This document shows positions 26,067 to 35,313 of a stretch of 57,762 nucleotides of DNA, in pieces (positions within the stretch are counted from its first letter, which is position 1; each line of letters starts with the position of its first letter). The notes under the pieces were generated by a model. It searched no databases. It had not been told where the DNA came from and saw only the letters and a program-made list of their open reading frames with translations. A program made the position numbers and the translations under genes. The stretch is from Candidatus Fimadaptatus sp. (lineage in GTDB: Bacteria; Bacillota; Clostridia; Christensenellales; Aristaeellaceae). The stretch lies in the NCBI GenBank assembly GCA_963928645.1, contig CAWVGT010000109.1:1-57762 (forward strand), given 5' to 3'.

Positions 26067-26766
26067 AGCGGCGCCCGCTCAGTCTATTGACAAAGTATGC
26101 CGCATACGGTCTGTCTGGCCAAACATGCAAAGTGGCCGGCAAAGTGTGCAAATAAAGCGGAAAGCTGCTTATTCCATACCAGTTTTGCAACACTTCTCAT
26201 AGACCGTTTCAAAAAGCCGTTTGCAATAAATCGTTTGTCCAGCCCCGGAGCCTGTCAGCGTTCTGCACGGGCGCCGAAACGTAAAGCGGCGCCCGCTATT
26301 TCGGCTGGCGCGCATGCGGCGCGCGCTGGCCCTGTGGCTGCGACGCAGAGCGGCAGGTTCGCCAAAGGCGCAGCCAGCACGGGCAAATTGGCGGTCATGC
26401 GGGCCGCGCCGCGCCGTGCGCCGACATTTTCTGTGGCTTATCGGGACTTGTTTGGTATTGATTGAGAAAATAATACTTTACAATATGCCTCGAATGATTT
26501 ATAATGTTAAGAAGGGTAGGAATTTATAGGCTCGAATAGGCCGCTCAGCAATACTGCTCAGCGCGGGAGGTCGGGGCGCGCTCAGCGCGGCCGCACCGCT
26601 CGTCGTTTGGCTGGCGTCGGCTTTTTTGATGTCGGTATGCCCGGAAGCGGCAGCTTTACTCGCGGCAGATCGCGCGCGCGATCGAGTCCGGCCATGCCGG
26701 CGCGGTCGCCGAACAGTTTTCAACGTCGAGCGTGACTACCAAATAATGAAAAAGCGAGGGATTGAA

Positions 26767-27468
26767 ATGGCACACGAATTGATATTGGCCGTGGACGATG
26801 AGGCTCACATTCTCGAACTGCTGTCCTTTAATCTGGAGAATGAGGGGTATCGCGTCATGACCGCTGCAAACGGCGAGGACGCGCTTACGGTGTGCACGCG
26901 TGAGCGGCCGTCGCTGGTGCTGCTTGATCTCATGCTGCCCGGCATAGACGGCATGGAGGTCTGCCGCCGGCTCAAGGGCAATACCTCTACGGCGGATATA
27001 CCGATAATCATGCTGACGGCCAAGGGCGACGAGGTCGACAAGGTGCTGGGCCTGGAGCTGGGCGCCGACGACTACATAACCAAGCCCTTCAGCGTGCGCG
27101 AGCTGATAGCGCGCGTCAAGGCGCTGCTCAGGCGCGCCCAGGCGCAAAACGACGAGGAGGGCATACTGCGCGTGGGCCCGCTGGTGATAGATACCAGCAA
27201 TTACGAGGCGTTCCGCAACGGCGAAAAGCTCTCGCTCACGCTCAAGGAGTTCGAGCTGCTCAAGCTGCTTGTGATCTCGCGCGGCAAGGTGCTCACGCGC
27301 GACTTCCTGCTGGATCGCATCTGGGGCTACGAGTTCTACGGCGAGACGCGCACCGTGGACGTGCACATCCGCCATATCCGCCAGAAGCTGGGCGACGACG
27401 CGCACTATATCGAGACCATTCGCGGCGTGGGGTACAAGCTCAACGACAAGCCCGAGGCTAAGGTGTGA
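26767..27468 (+). CDS. OmpR/PhoB-family response regulator
   Basis: Start trimmed to ATG 26767 (MAHELILAVDDEAHILELL...) behind GAGGGA. The receiver domain has LLDLMLPGIDG and MLTAKG. The winged-helix output has LTLKEFELLKLL and TVDVHIRHIRQKL...IETIRGVGYKL. Confidence 0.92.
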   Translation: MAHELILAVDDEAHILELLSFNLENEGYRVMTAANGEDALTVCTRERPSLVLLDLMLPGIDGMEVCRRLKGNTSTADIPIIMLTAKGDEVDKVLGLELGADDYITKPFSVRELIARVKALLRRAQAQNDEEGILRVGPLVIDTSNYEAFRNGEKLSLTLKEFELLKLLVISRGKVLTRDFLLDRIWGYEFYGETRTVDVHIRHIRQKLGDDAHYIETIRGVGYKLNDKPEAKV

Positions 27469-29261
27469 AACCAAGACTTGCGATCTACACCCTTGTCATC
27501 ACGCTCATAACCTGCTTTACCGTGGGGTTTGCCGCCAGCGGCGTGCTCAGAAGCAGCGCGATAGACGCCGCGCAGGATCAACTCGAGGCGCAGGCGCGCA
27601 CGCTGGCCACTATGCTGGAGACAGGCGGCCTGAGCGGAGACAGCGCCGTTATGGAGCAGCTGCGCGACGTCGCGTCCAGCGAGGGCATGCGCATACAGCT
27701 GATTCAGCAGGACGGCACGGTCGTGGCCGATACGCGCACGCTCAGCGGCACAATAACGCTGGATACCGACGAGAACCCCGAGATAGGCGAGGCGTTTTCG
27801 GCAGCCTCCGCACACCGGCTGCGCCGGGAGGGCAGCACGGATATGCTGTACGTGGCGGTGCCGTATTCCAGCTCGCTGGTGCTGCGCCTGGTGAAGTCAA
27901 TGAGCTCGGTGTACAAGGATGTCGATTCGCGCATCCGCGTAATCTGCATGTGGCTGGCCATATCGCCGGCGCTGGCGCTGGTGCTGATATGGTTCATGTC
28001 GCGGATGCTGGGCGATACGGCCAAGCGGTTGCGCGAAGGCTTCAGGCAGCTTGAAAATGGCGAGTTCTCCACGCGCATCGAGGTCAAGCACGCGGATCCG
28101 GATGGGCTGATAAGCGGATTCAACGAGATGGCCGATCAGATAGAGCGCAAGTGGACGAGCGTTCGCCGCCGCAACCATGCGATGAACATGGTGACAAACA
28201 CGATGCAAAACGGCATACTCGCCGTGGACAGCGACCTGCACATAGTGCTGATAAACCCCGCCGCCAAGCAGATGCTGGGCATAGTAGGTTCGGCCGAGGG
28301 CATGTCGATAAGCGAGGCGTCGCACGACGTGCGGCTCAATCCGGTGTTCACCGATGCCATGGCGCAGGAAGGCGTGTACACGCGCGACGTAGTGGCGCGC
28401 ACCGCAGTAGGGCGCGCGCGCCGGCCGCTCAGGCTGTATGTGACCGCGCTGCGCGACGATGGCAATACCGTGGGCGCGCTGGCGCTGGTCGAGGACGTGA
28501 CCGAGCTCAAGCGCCTGGAGCAGGTGCGCACCGACTTCGCCGCCAATGTGTCGCACGAGCTCAAGACGCCGCTGACCAGCATAAAGGGCTTTGTAGAGAC
28601 GCTGCAGGCCGGCGCGATAAACAAGCCCGAGATGGCGCAGAAGTTCCTGAACATAATCATGCTGGAGGCCGACCGGCTCACGCGGCTGATAAACGACATA
28701 CTCTCCATCAGCAAGCTCGAGTCGGGCAACGACAAGGTCGAGATGCAGGCGCTGCAGCTGAATACCATGGCCAATGAGATCTGCGATTTGCTGCGCATGC
28801 ACGCCGAGCAGAAGCATATCACCGTCAACTGCGCCGAAAACGCGCCGCAGACGTTGATCTGGGGCAATCCGGATCGCGTAAAGCAGATGCTCATCAACCT
28901 GATCGACAACGCCATCAAGTACACGCTGGACGGCGGCAGCGTGACGGTAGCCGTGTACAAGGACGACACCACCGCCTACTTCTCGTGCAGCGACACCGGC
29001 ATAGGCATTGCCGAGGAGAACATACCGCGCCTGTTTGAGCGGTTCTACCGCGTGGACAAGGGGCGCTCGCGCTCGATGGGCGGCACCGGTCTGGGCCTGG
29101 CCATAGTCAAGCACATAGTGCTGTCCATGAACGGCCACATAGAGGTGCACTCCAAGCTCGGCGAGGGCACCGAGTTCCTGATATCGATACCGCTGTACAA
29201 CGGCCAGACCGTGCAGCCGGTGACCGGCCAGTCGATGGACTCGGCCGACGAGATTAAGTGA
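27465..29261 (+). CDS. Sensor histidine kinase (two TM segments, HAMP, PAS, HisKA, HATPase; PhoR-like architecture)
   Basis: 598 aa with a GTG start overlapping the response-regulator stop. The H-box is FAANVSHELKTPLTSIKGF, the N-box is NLIDNAIKYT, and the G-boxes are DTGIGI and GGTGLGLAIVKH. Confidence 0.9.
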   Translation: MKPRLAIYTLVITLITCFTVGFAASGVLRSSAIDAAQDQLEAQARTLATMLETGGLSGDSAVMEQLRDVASSEGMRIQLIQQDGTVVADTRTLSGTITLDTDENPEIGEAFSAASAHRLRREGSTDMLYVAVPYSSSLVLRLVKSMSSVYKDVDSRIRVICMWLAISPALALVLIWFMSRMLGDTAKRLREGFRQLENGEFSTRIEVKHADPDGLISGFNEMADQIERKWTSVRRRNHAMNMVTNTMQNGILAVDSDLHIVLINPAAKQMLGIVGSAEGMSISEASHDVRLNPVFTDAMAQEGVYTRDVVARTAVGRARRPLRLYVTALRDDGNTVGALALVEDVTELKRLEQVRTDFAANVSHELKTPLTSIKGFVETLQAGAINKPEMAQKFLNIIMLEADRLTRLINDILSISKLESGNDKVEMQALQLNTMANEICDLLRMHAEQKHITVNCAENAPQTLIWGNPDRVKQMLINLIDNAIKYTLDGGSVTVAVYKDDTTAYFSCSDTGIGIAEENIPRLFERFYRVDKGRSRSMGGTGLGLAIVKHIVLSMNGHIEVHSKLGEGTEFLISIPLYNGQTVQPVTGQSMDSADEIK

Positions 29262-29371
29262 TTAGCGGCGCGCGACGCCGCGCGGTGACAAGCCGTCCGG
29301 CGTCGCGCTGGCCGCGTTAAATTGCCTCACATATTTAAATCAATCGATAAATGCGCTGGAGGTAATGAGCT

Positions 29372-30508
29372 ATGGAACACAGGGTATTTCCGAACACCGA
29401 TGTATGCGCGTCGCTGCTGGGCATGGGCTGCATGCGGCTGCCCACCGCGCCGGACGGCACGATAGACGAGCCCCGCGCGATAGAGATGATACGCTATGCT
29501 ATCGACCACGGCGTGACGTACGTGGACACCGCGTATGGCTACCATGACGGCAAGAGCGAGGTGCTGGTGGGCAAGGCGCTGCGCGACGGCTACCGCGAGC
29601 GCGTAACGCTCACGACCAAGCTGCCGGTGTGGCTGGTCAAGGAGTACGACGACATGGAGCGGCTGCTCGATGAACAGCTCAGCCGCCTGCAGACCGACCA
29701 TGTGGACTTCTACCTGCTGCACGCGATCGGCCGCGAGCGGTTCGACATGCTGCGCAAGCTGGACTACAAGCGCTTCCTGAACGACATGGTGGCCAAGGGC
29801 AAGATCCGCTATCCGGGCTTCTCGTTCCACGACGACGCGGCTGCGTTCCGCGAGATACTGGACGACTACGACTGGAAGCTGGCGCAGGTGCAGATGAACC
29901 TGCTGGACGAGTTCAACCAGGCCACGCTGGACGGCGTGCGCTATGCGGCGCAAAAGGGCATAGGCATAGTGATAATGGAGCCGCTGCGCGGCGGCATGCT
30001 GGCCAAGAACCCGCCCGAGAACGTGGCGCAGGTCTACGCCAAACTCCCCGGCGAGCGCACGCACATCGACTGGTGCTTCCGCTGGCTGTACGATCAGCCG
30101 GGCGTCAAGGTCATACTCTCGGGCATGTCCAACATGGATCAGCTCGTCGACAACCTGCGCATATTCGAGCACACCGGCACGGACTGCCTGACCGATGCCG
30201 AGCGCGCGCTGCTGACCGAAGTGCGCAAGGCGTACGAGAGCCGCGTGCGCGTGGGCTGCACCGGCTGCCGCTACTGCGCCGACTGTCCCAAGGAGGTCAA
30301 TATCAGCCGCATATTCCGCGAGCTGGATACCTGCTATATGTTTGACGACATGGAGCGCTATCGCAAGGTGTACGCCAAGCTCGTCGAGGAGCAGCACGAC
30401 GGTTCGCAGTGCATAAAGTGCGGCAAGTGCGAATCGGCGTGTCCGCAGAAGTTCCCGATACGCCAGCTGCTGGCCGACATAGACGCCGAGTTCCACACCG
30501 CCGGCTGA
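29372..30508 (+). CDS. Aldo/keto reductase fused to a C-terminal 4Fe-4S ferredoxin-type domain
   Basis: 378 aa with a GGAGGT RBS. The AKR part has LGMGCMRLP, DTAYGYHDGKSE and YLLHAI. The C-terminus has CTGCRYCADCP and CIKCGKCESACP cluster motifs. Confidence 0.88.
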   Translation: MEHRVFPNTDVCASLLGMGCMRLPTAPDGTIDEPRAIEMIRYAIDHGVTYVDTAYGYHDGKSEVLVGKALRDGYRERVTLTTKLPVWLVKEYDDMERLLDEQLSRLQTDHVDFYLLHAIGRERFDMLRKLDYKRFLNDMVAKGKIRYPGFSFHDDAAAFREILDDYDWKLAQVQMNLLDEFNQATLDGVRYAAQKGIGIVIMEPLRGGMLAKNPPENVAQVYAKLPGERTHIDWCFRWLYDQPGVKVILSGMSNMDQLVDNLRIFEHTGTDCLTDAERALLTEVRKAYESRVRVGCTGCRYCADCPKEVNISRIFRELDTCYMFDDMERYRKVYAKLVEEQHDGSQCIKCGKCESACPQKFPIRQLLADIDAEFHTAG

Positions 30509-30548
30509 CGGGCCGGGGGGAGTGCAGGGCGCCATTCGATATCGATCA

Positions 30549-30592
30549 AAAGCGCGCCGCGCGGTCAAAGGGCCGCGCGGCGCGCTTTTATC
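30549..30592 (+). terminator. Terminator hairpin after the AKR-ferredoxin gene
   Basis: AAAAGCGCGCCGCGCGG-TCAAAGGG-CCGCGCGGCGCGCTTTT is a perfect 13-bp GC stem with an A/T-flanked base. A diverged second copy lies at 30771-30812. Confidence 0.75.
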
Positions 30593-30964
30593 GTTGATAC
30601 CACTGGCGGCTGAACAGATGGATGTATTGCGGGCAGCTTTTTAGCAGCCTGCGGGCAATGCTGCAAACCAGTTTGCTATAAGCAGCTGGGCGCTTTAGTT
30701 ACATGCTTTGCCAGTTGCTTTGGCGCGTTTGGTAAATTGGCCCATGTGCGGCATACCTTGCCAATAGACTGAAGCGCGCCGTGCGGTCAGAGGACCGCGC
30801 GGCGCGCTCATATATTGGCAAAGGGCGCGCTTCCGTCTGCACGTCGCGTTGATCAGCCCCAGGTGCGCGATTCGATACCCACATGGAGCCGACGATATGC
30901 GCGTGATTGGACAGGCGCGGCATTGGCCGTGAGGCTAGTGCTCATATGGCCGCACTGACCGCAC

Positions 30965-31004
30965 TATAAAGCCGAGCCCACGCGTATGCCTGCGCGGGCT
31001 CGGC
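30965..31004 (-). terminator. Terminator after the CNNM/CorC gene
   Basis: On the minus strand, GCCGAGCCC-GCGCAGGCATACGCGT-GGGCTCGGC is followed by TTTATAG. It starts 29 nt after the stop at 31033. Confidence 0.7.
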
Positions 31005-31032
31005 CTGCTACGTCTTATTCTGATGGACAGCG

Positions 31033-32385
31033 TCAGTTTGCGATCGGATAGTCGTCGTCCTCCTGATCGTCCTGCTGCGAAGCGTCGGACTCGGCCTCAG
31101 CGGGGGCTTCGATCAGCCCCGCAGGTTCGCGCACCTCTTTGTCAGCAATGGGCGTAAGGCGCAGCTCAAGCACATGGCGCTTGTCGGCCTTGGTGACCTC
31201 CACGTGATAGCCGGCGTAGTCAAAGCTGTTGCCGACCTGCGGTATATAGCCCAGGTTCTCGATCGCCCAACCGCTGGCGGTCACGGCGTCTATGTCGTCG
31301 GGCAGCTTGCCCCAGTCGAAGTGTTCGAACATGTCGTCCAGGTTGGCGCCGGCGTTGACTATTGTAGAGCCGTCGGGCTGAGGCGCGAAGAACTCGATCA
31401 CCTCGTCGTGCTCGTCCCAGATCTCGCCGACCAGCTCCTCGATCACGTCCTCGAGCGTGACCAGGCCCAGCGTGCCGCCGAACTCGTCGAGCACGATCGC
31501 CATGTGCAGCTTTTCCAGCTGGAGCCGGCGCATCAGCGCGGATATCTTGAGGCCGCCCTGCACGTAGAGCACCGAACCTATCTCATCGGCGAGCTTGAAC
31601 TCGCCCTTGAGCTGGCTGGAGTAGAAGTCGCGCTCGTGCAGCACGCCGATCACGTTGTCTATCGAGCCATGGTATACCGGCAGGCGCGAGTAGCCGGTCT
31701 CCTCGTAGGTGTGGGTGATCTCCTCGACGGTGGCGGTGTCCTCTATCGCGCTTATGTCGACGCGGGGGGTCAGTATCTCCTCGACGTCGCGGTCGTGGAA
31801 CTCTATCGCGGAGCGTATCAGCGCGCTCTCGTGCTCGTCGATGCCGCCGTCGTCCTCGGCCTCGTCGACATAGGTCATCAGTTCGTCCTCGGTTATGGCG
31901 TTGTCGTTGGCTTCAGAATGGGGTATCAGCTTGCTTGCGCTGCTCTTGAGCACTATAAATGCGCGGCTCACCGGCAGGAGTATTTTGACCAGCACCGACA
32001 TTATCGGCGCGGAGAAGCGCGCGAAGCTCTCGGGATTCTCCTTGGCCAGCGATTTGGGAGTGACCTCGCCAAACACCAGCACCAGTATCGTCATTACGAT
32101 CGTGCTTATCGTGACGCTCGCCTCGCCGAAATACTGCGTGCACATCAATGTCGCCAGCGAAGCGGCGGCTATGTTGACTATGTTGTTGCCGACCAGTATG
32201 GCCATGAGCAGTTCGTCGTATCTGTCGGCCAGCGCGAGTATGCGGCGGGCCTTGTCGTCGCCGTTTTCGGCCTGGGATTTGAGTCGAATGCGGTTGATGC
32301 TCAAAAATGCGGTCTCGGTTGCAGAGAAGTAAGCGCTCATCATAAGCAGTATGACCAGCACAATGATCTGTATACCAGCACTCAT
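31033..32385 (-). CDS. CNNM/CorC-type transporter (DUF21 TM domain, CBS pair, CorC_HlyC domain; 'hemolysin family protein')
   Basis: 450 aa. The N-terminus LLMMSAYFSATETAFLSINRIRL is the DUF21 signature. The central CBS region and the C-terminal domain are followed by an acidic tail. Confidence 0.9.
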   Translation of the reverse strand: MSAGIQIIVLVILLMMSAYFSATETAFLSINRIRLKSQAENGDDKARRILALADRYDELLMAILVGNNIVNIAAASLATLMCTQYFGEASVTISTIVMTILVLVFGEVTPKSLAKENPESFARFSAPIMSVLVKILLPVSRAFIVLKSSASKLIPHSEANDNAITEDELMTYVDEAEDDGGIDEHESALIRSAIEFHDRDVEEILTPRVDISAIEDTATVEEITHTYEETGYSRLPVYHGSIDNVIGVLHERDFYSSQLKGEFKLADEIGSVLYVQGGLKISALMRRLQLEKLHMAIVLDEFGGTLGLVTLEDVIEELVGEIWDEHDEVIEFFAPQPDGSTIVNAGANLDDMFEHFDWGKLPDDIDAVTASGWAIENLGYIPQVGNSFDYAGYHVEVTKADKRHVLELRLTPIADKEVREPAGLIEAPAEAESDASQQDDQEDDDYPIAN

Positions 32386-32600
32386 ATAGGTAAAAATTCA
32401 CACTCCTAAAGTCGTTGGGTTAGGCGGTGAGACACCGCCGGCGGCAGCGGGCAGTCGTCAGACTACGCAAAAAAAGCCTGCAAAGCGGCCGGTGCCATCA
32501 AGGCGCCAGCTTACCCGCACGCGTCGGACCACGGTATTCAGTTGATGATCGACCCGGTTCAGGCACGTCGTCCACAGAATTCACCCCTAAATGTTTTATA
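32386..32600 (-). promoter_or_regulatory. Long (about 215 nt) structured 5' leader of the CNNM/CorC gene; candidate cis-regulatory RNA, class unassigned
   Basis: It lies between a near-consensus promoter and the start codon. On the minus strand it contains TTAGGGGTGAATTCTGTGGACGACGTGCC...GGGTCGATCA...GCTGG, a run GCAGGCTTTTTTTGCG, and the hairpin GGCGGTG-TCT-CACCGCC. Confidence 0.35.
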
Positions 32601-32606
32601 GACAGC

Positions 32607-32635
32607 ATTATACCATGATTTCGCTATTTATGCAA
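32607..32635 (-). promoter_or_regulatory. Promoter of the CNNM/CorC gene
   Basis: On the minus strand: TTGCAT (32630-32635), 17-nt spacer, TGG-TATAAT (extended -10; TATAAT = 32607-32612). Confidence 0.6.
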
Positions 32636-32789
32636 GCGGCTGATGCGAATTTTGCTCGCCTTAATGATATGCTAACGTGGTTTGCGGCATGCCAGGTGTG
32701 ATAATATGCGTGCAAACATTGCCGGAATTTGGTATAATGGCCATATTGCGCCGGCAGGCGCTCAAGACACAAGGCAAGGAGCTTGGCAA

Positions 32790-33704
32790 ATGAATGCTAT
32801 AAGACATGGCATATATCCAACGATGATAACGCCCTACAACGCGGACGGCAGCGTCGACTTCGGCGCGCTGGACGCGATAGTGGACTGGTATCTGCAAAGC
32901 GGCGTGGACGGCATATTCGCGGTATGCCAGTCCAGCGAGATGTTCTGGCTGACCGAGGCAGAGCGCGCGGCGATAGCCGGCCGGGTGGTCGCGCGGGCGC
33001 ACGGGCGGGTGAGTGTGGTCGCGTCGGGCCACGTGTCGGACAGCGCGCCGGCGCAGGCGCACGAGCTGCAGCGCGTGCGCGACGCGGGCGTGGACGCGGT
33101 CGTGCTGGTCAGCAACCGCCTGGCAGCGCCGGATGAGCCGGACGACGCGCTGCTGAGCCGACTGGACGCGCTGACGGCGCAGCTGGACGGCGTGCTGCTG
33201 GGCATGTATGAGTGCCCATATCCGTACAAGCGGCTGCTCACGCCGCGCGTGTTGGAGCACATGGCGGCAAGCGGCCGATTCGCGTTTATCAAGGACACCT
33301 GCTGCGACGCGGCGCTGATAGCCCGGCGCGTGGCCCAGCTGGGCGAGCGCGCGGCGCTGTTCAATGCCAACTCAGCCACGCTGCTGGATTCGCTGCGCGC
33401 CGGCTGCGCAGGCTTCAGCGGCGTCATGGCCAACTTCCACCCAGCGCTGTACGGCTATCTGTATCGCAACTGGCGCGATTCGGGCGAGCGCATCGAGGAG
33501 CTGGCGGCGCTGCTGTCGTTCGCGTCGGGCGTGGAGCGCGGCGCGTATCCGACATCGGCCAAGTATCACATGAACCGCATGGGCGTGACTATGAACCTGG
33601 CGTGCCGAAATCAGCCCGCCGGGGCGTTCACGCCGCTACTCCGGCGCGAGGTCGACGCGCTCGTCGTGCTGGAGCGTGCGGCCATGCGCGCGTGCGGACT
33701 CTGA
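32790..33704 (+). CDS. Dihydrodipicolinate synthase / N-acetylneuraminate lyase (DapA) family class-I aldolase
   Basis: Start trimmed to ATG 32790 (MNAIRHGIYPTMITPYNADGSVDFGALDAIVDWYLQSGVDGIFAVCQSSE...) behind AAGGAG. FIKDTCCD provides the Schiff-base Lys context. The substrate is not assignable. Confidence 0.82.
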   Translation: MNAIRHGIYPTMITPYNADGSVDFGALDAIVDWYLQSGVDGIFAVCQSSEMFWLTEAERAAIAGRVVARAHGRVSVVASGHVSDSAPAQAHELQRVRDAGVDAVVLVSNRLAAPDEPDDALLSRLDALTAQLDGVLLGMYECPYPYKRLLTPRVLEHMAASGRFAFIKDTCCDAALIARRVAQLGERAALFNANSATLLDSLRAGCAGFSGVMANFHPALYGYLYRNWRDSGERIEELAALLSFASGVERGAYPTSAKYHMNRMGVTMNLACRNQPAGAFTPLLRREVDALVVLERAAMRACGL

Positions 33705-33712
33705 GCGCGCAC

Positions 33713-33763
33713 AAAAAACGGCGGCCCTACCCGCACCTAAAGCGCCGCGGGCAGGGCCGCCGT
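33713..33763. terminator. Bidirectional terminator between the convergent DapA-like and hydrogenase genes
   Basis: AAAAAACGGCGGCCCTACCCGC-ACCTAAAGCGCC-GCGGGCAGGGCCGCCGT. The A-run on one side serves as a U-run for the minus-strand transcript. Confidence 0.65.
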
Positions 33764-33784
33764 CACATGTCGGGTCAACCTGAT

Positions 33785-35227
33785 TTACTTGCCGGAAAGC
33801 GCGTCGGTCATCGATATGGCGTCGGTTATCGACTTTTCGAAGGCCTCGTGGCCATACGCGTCGACCTCGCTCTTGTCCTTGGCGCCGTGGGTCAGGCAGC
33901 CCGCGCCGCCTATGCAGCCGCTAATGCACGCCATGCCCTCGATGAAGTTCTCGGGCAGCTTGCCCGCGGCCAGCTTGAGCAGCGCCATGCGGCACTGTTC
34001 GATGCCGTCGCAGGCGATCGGGCGGTAGTCGAAGTCTATGTTCTGCTCCTTGCAGGCCTGGCGCACCGCGTCGGACAGGCCGCCGCTGCGCGCGAATATG
34101 CGGCCGTAGTAGCTCGCGTTGTCGAGCACGTCCTCCTCGAGAGAGGACATGTCTATGTCGCGGCTGTCTATCAGCGCCTGCAGCTCCTCAAACGTCAACA
34201 CGCAGTCGACCAGCTCCTTGACGCGGTCGCGCTGGCGCTCGGCCTTCTTGGCGGTGCACGGCCCAATGAAGATTATCTTGCAGTCGGGGTCAGTGGACTT
34301 CATATAGCGCGCTAGCTCGGCCATGGGCGAGAGGTTGTGCGAAATGTACTTGACCAGCTTGGGGAAGGTCTTTTCGATATAGGTCACGAAGGCGGGGCAG
34401 CAGCTGCTGGTCAGCACGCCCTTTTCGGCGAGCTCGCGCGCCTCGGAGAAGGCCACCATGTCGGCGCCCAGCGCAGCCTCGACCACGCTGTAGAAGCCCA
34501 GCTCCTTGAGCGCGGTTATCACCTGGCCCAGCTTCGCGTAGCGGAACTGGCTGGATATCGACGGCGCGACTATGGCGTAGACCTTGTACTTCTCGTTGTT
34601 GTCGCTGCCGCGCAGTATGTTGATCGCGTCGAGTATGTAGGACTTGTCGCTTATGGCGCCGAACGGGCACTGATACACGCACGCGCCGCACGATATGCAC
34701 TTGTTGTCGTCGATATGGGCCACGTTGTCGGCGCCGCGCGATATGGCCTTGACCTTGCACGCCTTTTCGCAGGGGCGCACGTGGCGCACGATGGCGCTGT
34801 ACGGGCAGACCGCGGCGCACCGGCCGCACTCCTTGCACTTTTCAGGGTCGATATGCGCCTTCTGATGATCGTCGAACGATATCGCGTTGGCGGGGCAGGC
34901 GGCCTGGCAGCGGTGCGCGATACAACCGCGGCAGTCTATGCCGACCTCATACCGGCTTATCGGGCACTCGTCGCACGCTATCGGTATGACCTCGATGACG
35001 TTGGCGTTCTGCTTGTCGCCGCCCATCGCGAGCTTGATGCGCTCGTTGAGTATCGCGCGCTCCTTGTATATGCAGCAACGCATCGTGGGCTTGGGGCCGG
35101 GGGCGAGCTGCTTGGGTATGTCCACGTAGCAATCCGGCAGGTTGTCGGCGTAGGCATGGCGCGCGACCTCGCGCAGCACCTCGTATTTGAGCATCTGAAC
35201 GTTGGTATCAAAAATTCGCATGCGCAT
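33785..35227 (-). CDS. [FeFe]-hydrogenase catalytic-type protein (N-terminal multi-[4Fe-4S] region plus H-cluster domain)
   Basis: 480 aa. Ferredoxin motifs are CRGCIAHRCQAACP, CKECGRCAAVCP and CISCGACVYQCP. H-cluster motifs are TSSCCP (L1), GPCTAKKAE (L2) and MACISGCIGGAGC (L3). Confidence 0.88.
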   Translation of the reverse strand: MRMRIFDTNVQMLKYEVLREVARHAYADNLPDCYVDIPKQLAPGPKPTMRCCIYKERAILNERIKLAMGGDKQNANVIEVIPIACDECPISRYEVGIDCRGCIAHRCQAACPANAISFDDHQKAHIDPEKCKECGRCAAVCPYSAIVRHVRPCEKACKVKAISRGADNVAHIDDNKCISCGACVYQCPFGAISDKSYILDAINILRGSDNNEKYKVYAIVAPSISSQFRYAKLGQVITALKELGFYSVVEAALGADMVAFSEARELAEKGVLTSSCCPAFVTYIEKTFPKLVKYISHNLSPMAELARYMKSTDPDCKIIFIGPCTAKKAERQRDRVKELVDCVLTFEELQALIDSRDIDMSSLEEDVLDNASYYGRIFARSGGLSDAVRQACKEQNIDFDYRPIACDGIEQCRMALLKLAAGKLPENFIEGMACISGCIGGAGCLTHGAKDKSEVDAYGHEAFEKSITDAISMTDALSGK

Positions 35228-35276
35228 CCTCCGTACTGGTGGCGCGCCGGGTGGCGCGCGCTGAAGTATTGGGGCT

Positions 35277-35308
35277 TAAAAGAGGCGGCCTTGGGAAAGA
35301 CCGCCCTT
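35277..35308 (-). terminator. Terminator-like hairpin between the PP2C and hydrogenase genes
   Basis: On the minus strand, GGCGGTC-TTTCCCAA-GGCCGCC is followed by TCTTTTAAG. Confidence 0.45.
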
Positions 35309-35313
35309 TGTGC

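Noticed and set aside
26543-26590. Three direct GCTCAGC repeats, two of them as GCTCAGCGCGG (26556 and 26580), upstream of the response-regulator gene, as OmpR-family binding sites. I also considered the transcript of about 120 nt from the TTTACA-17-TATAAT promoter (about 26480-26508) to the T6 run at 26621-26626 as an sRNA.
   Set aside because: The repeat spacing (13 and 24 bp) does not fit the 10-11 bp phasing of OmpR/PhoB boxes. The repeats lie downstream of the putative promoter. The T-run is not preceded by a convincing stem. This is possible but unsupported.
32386-32600. Calling the CNNM leader an M-box (Mg2+) or yybP-ykoY (Mn2+) riboswitch.
   Set aside because: Only short, scattered resemblances to the conserved strings are present. 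The element is much shorter than a canonical M-box, and I could not draw the P1-P6 architecture. It is kept only as an unclassified candidate leader.
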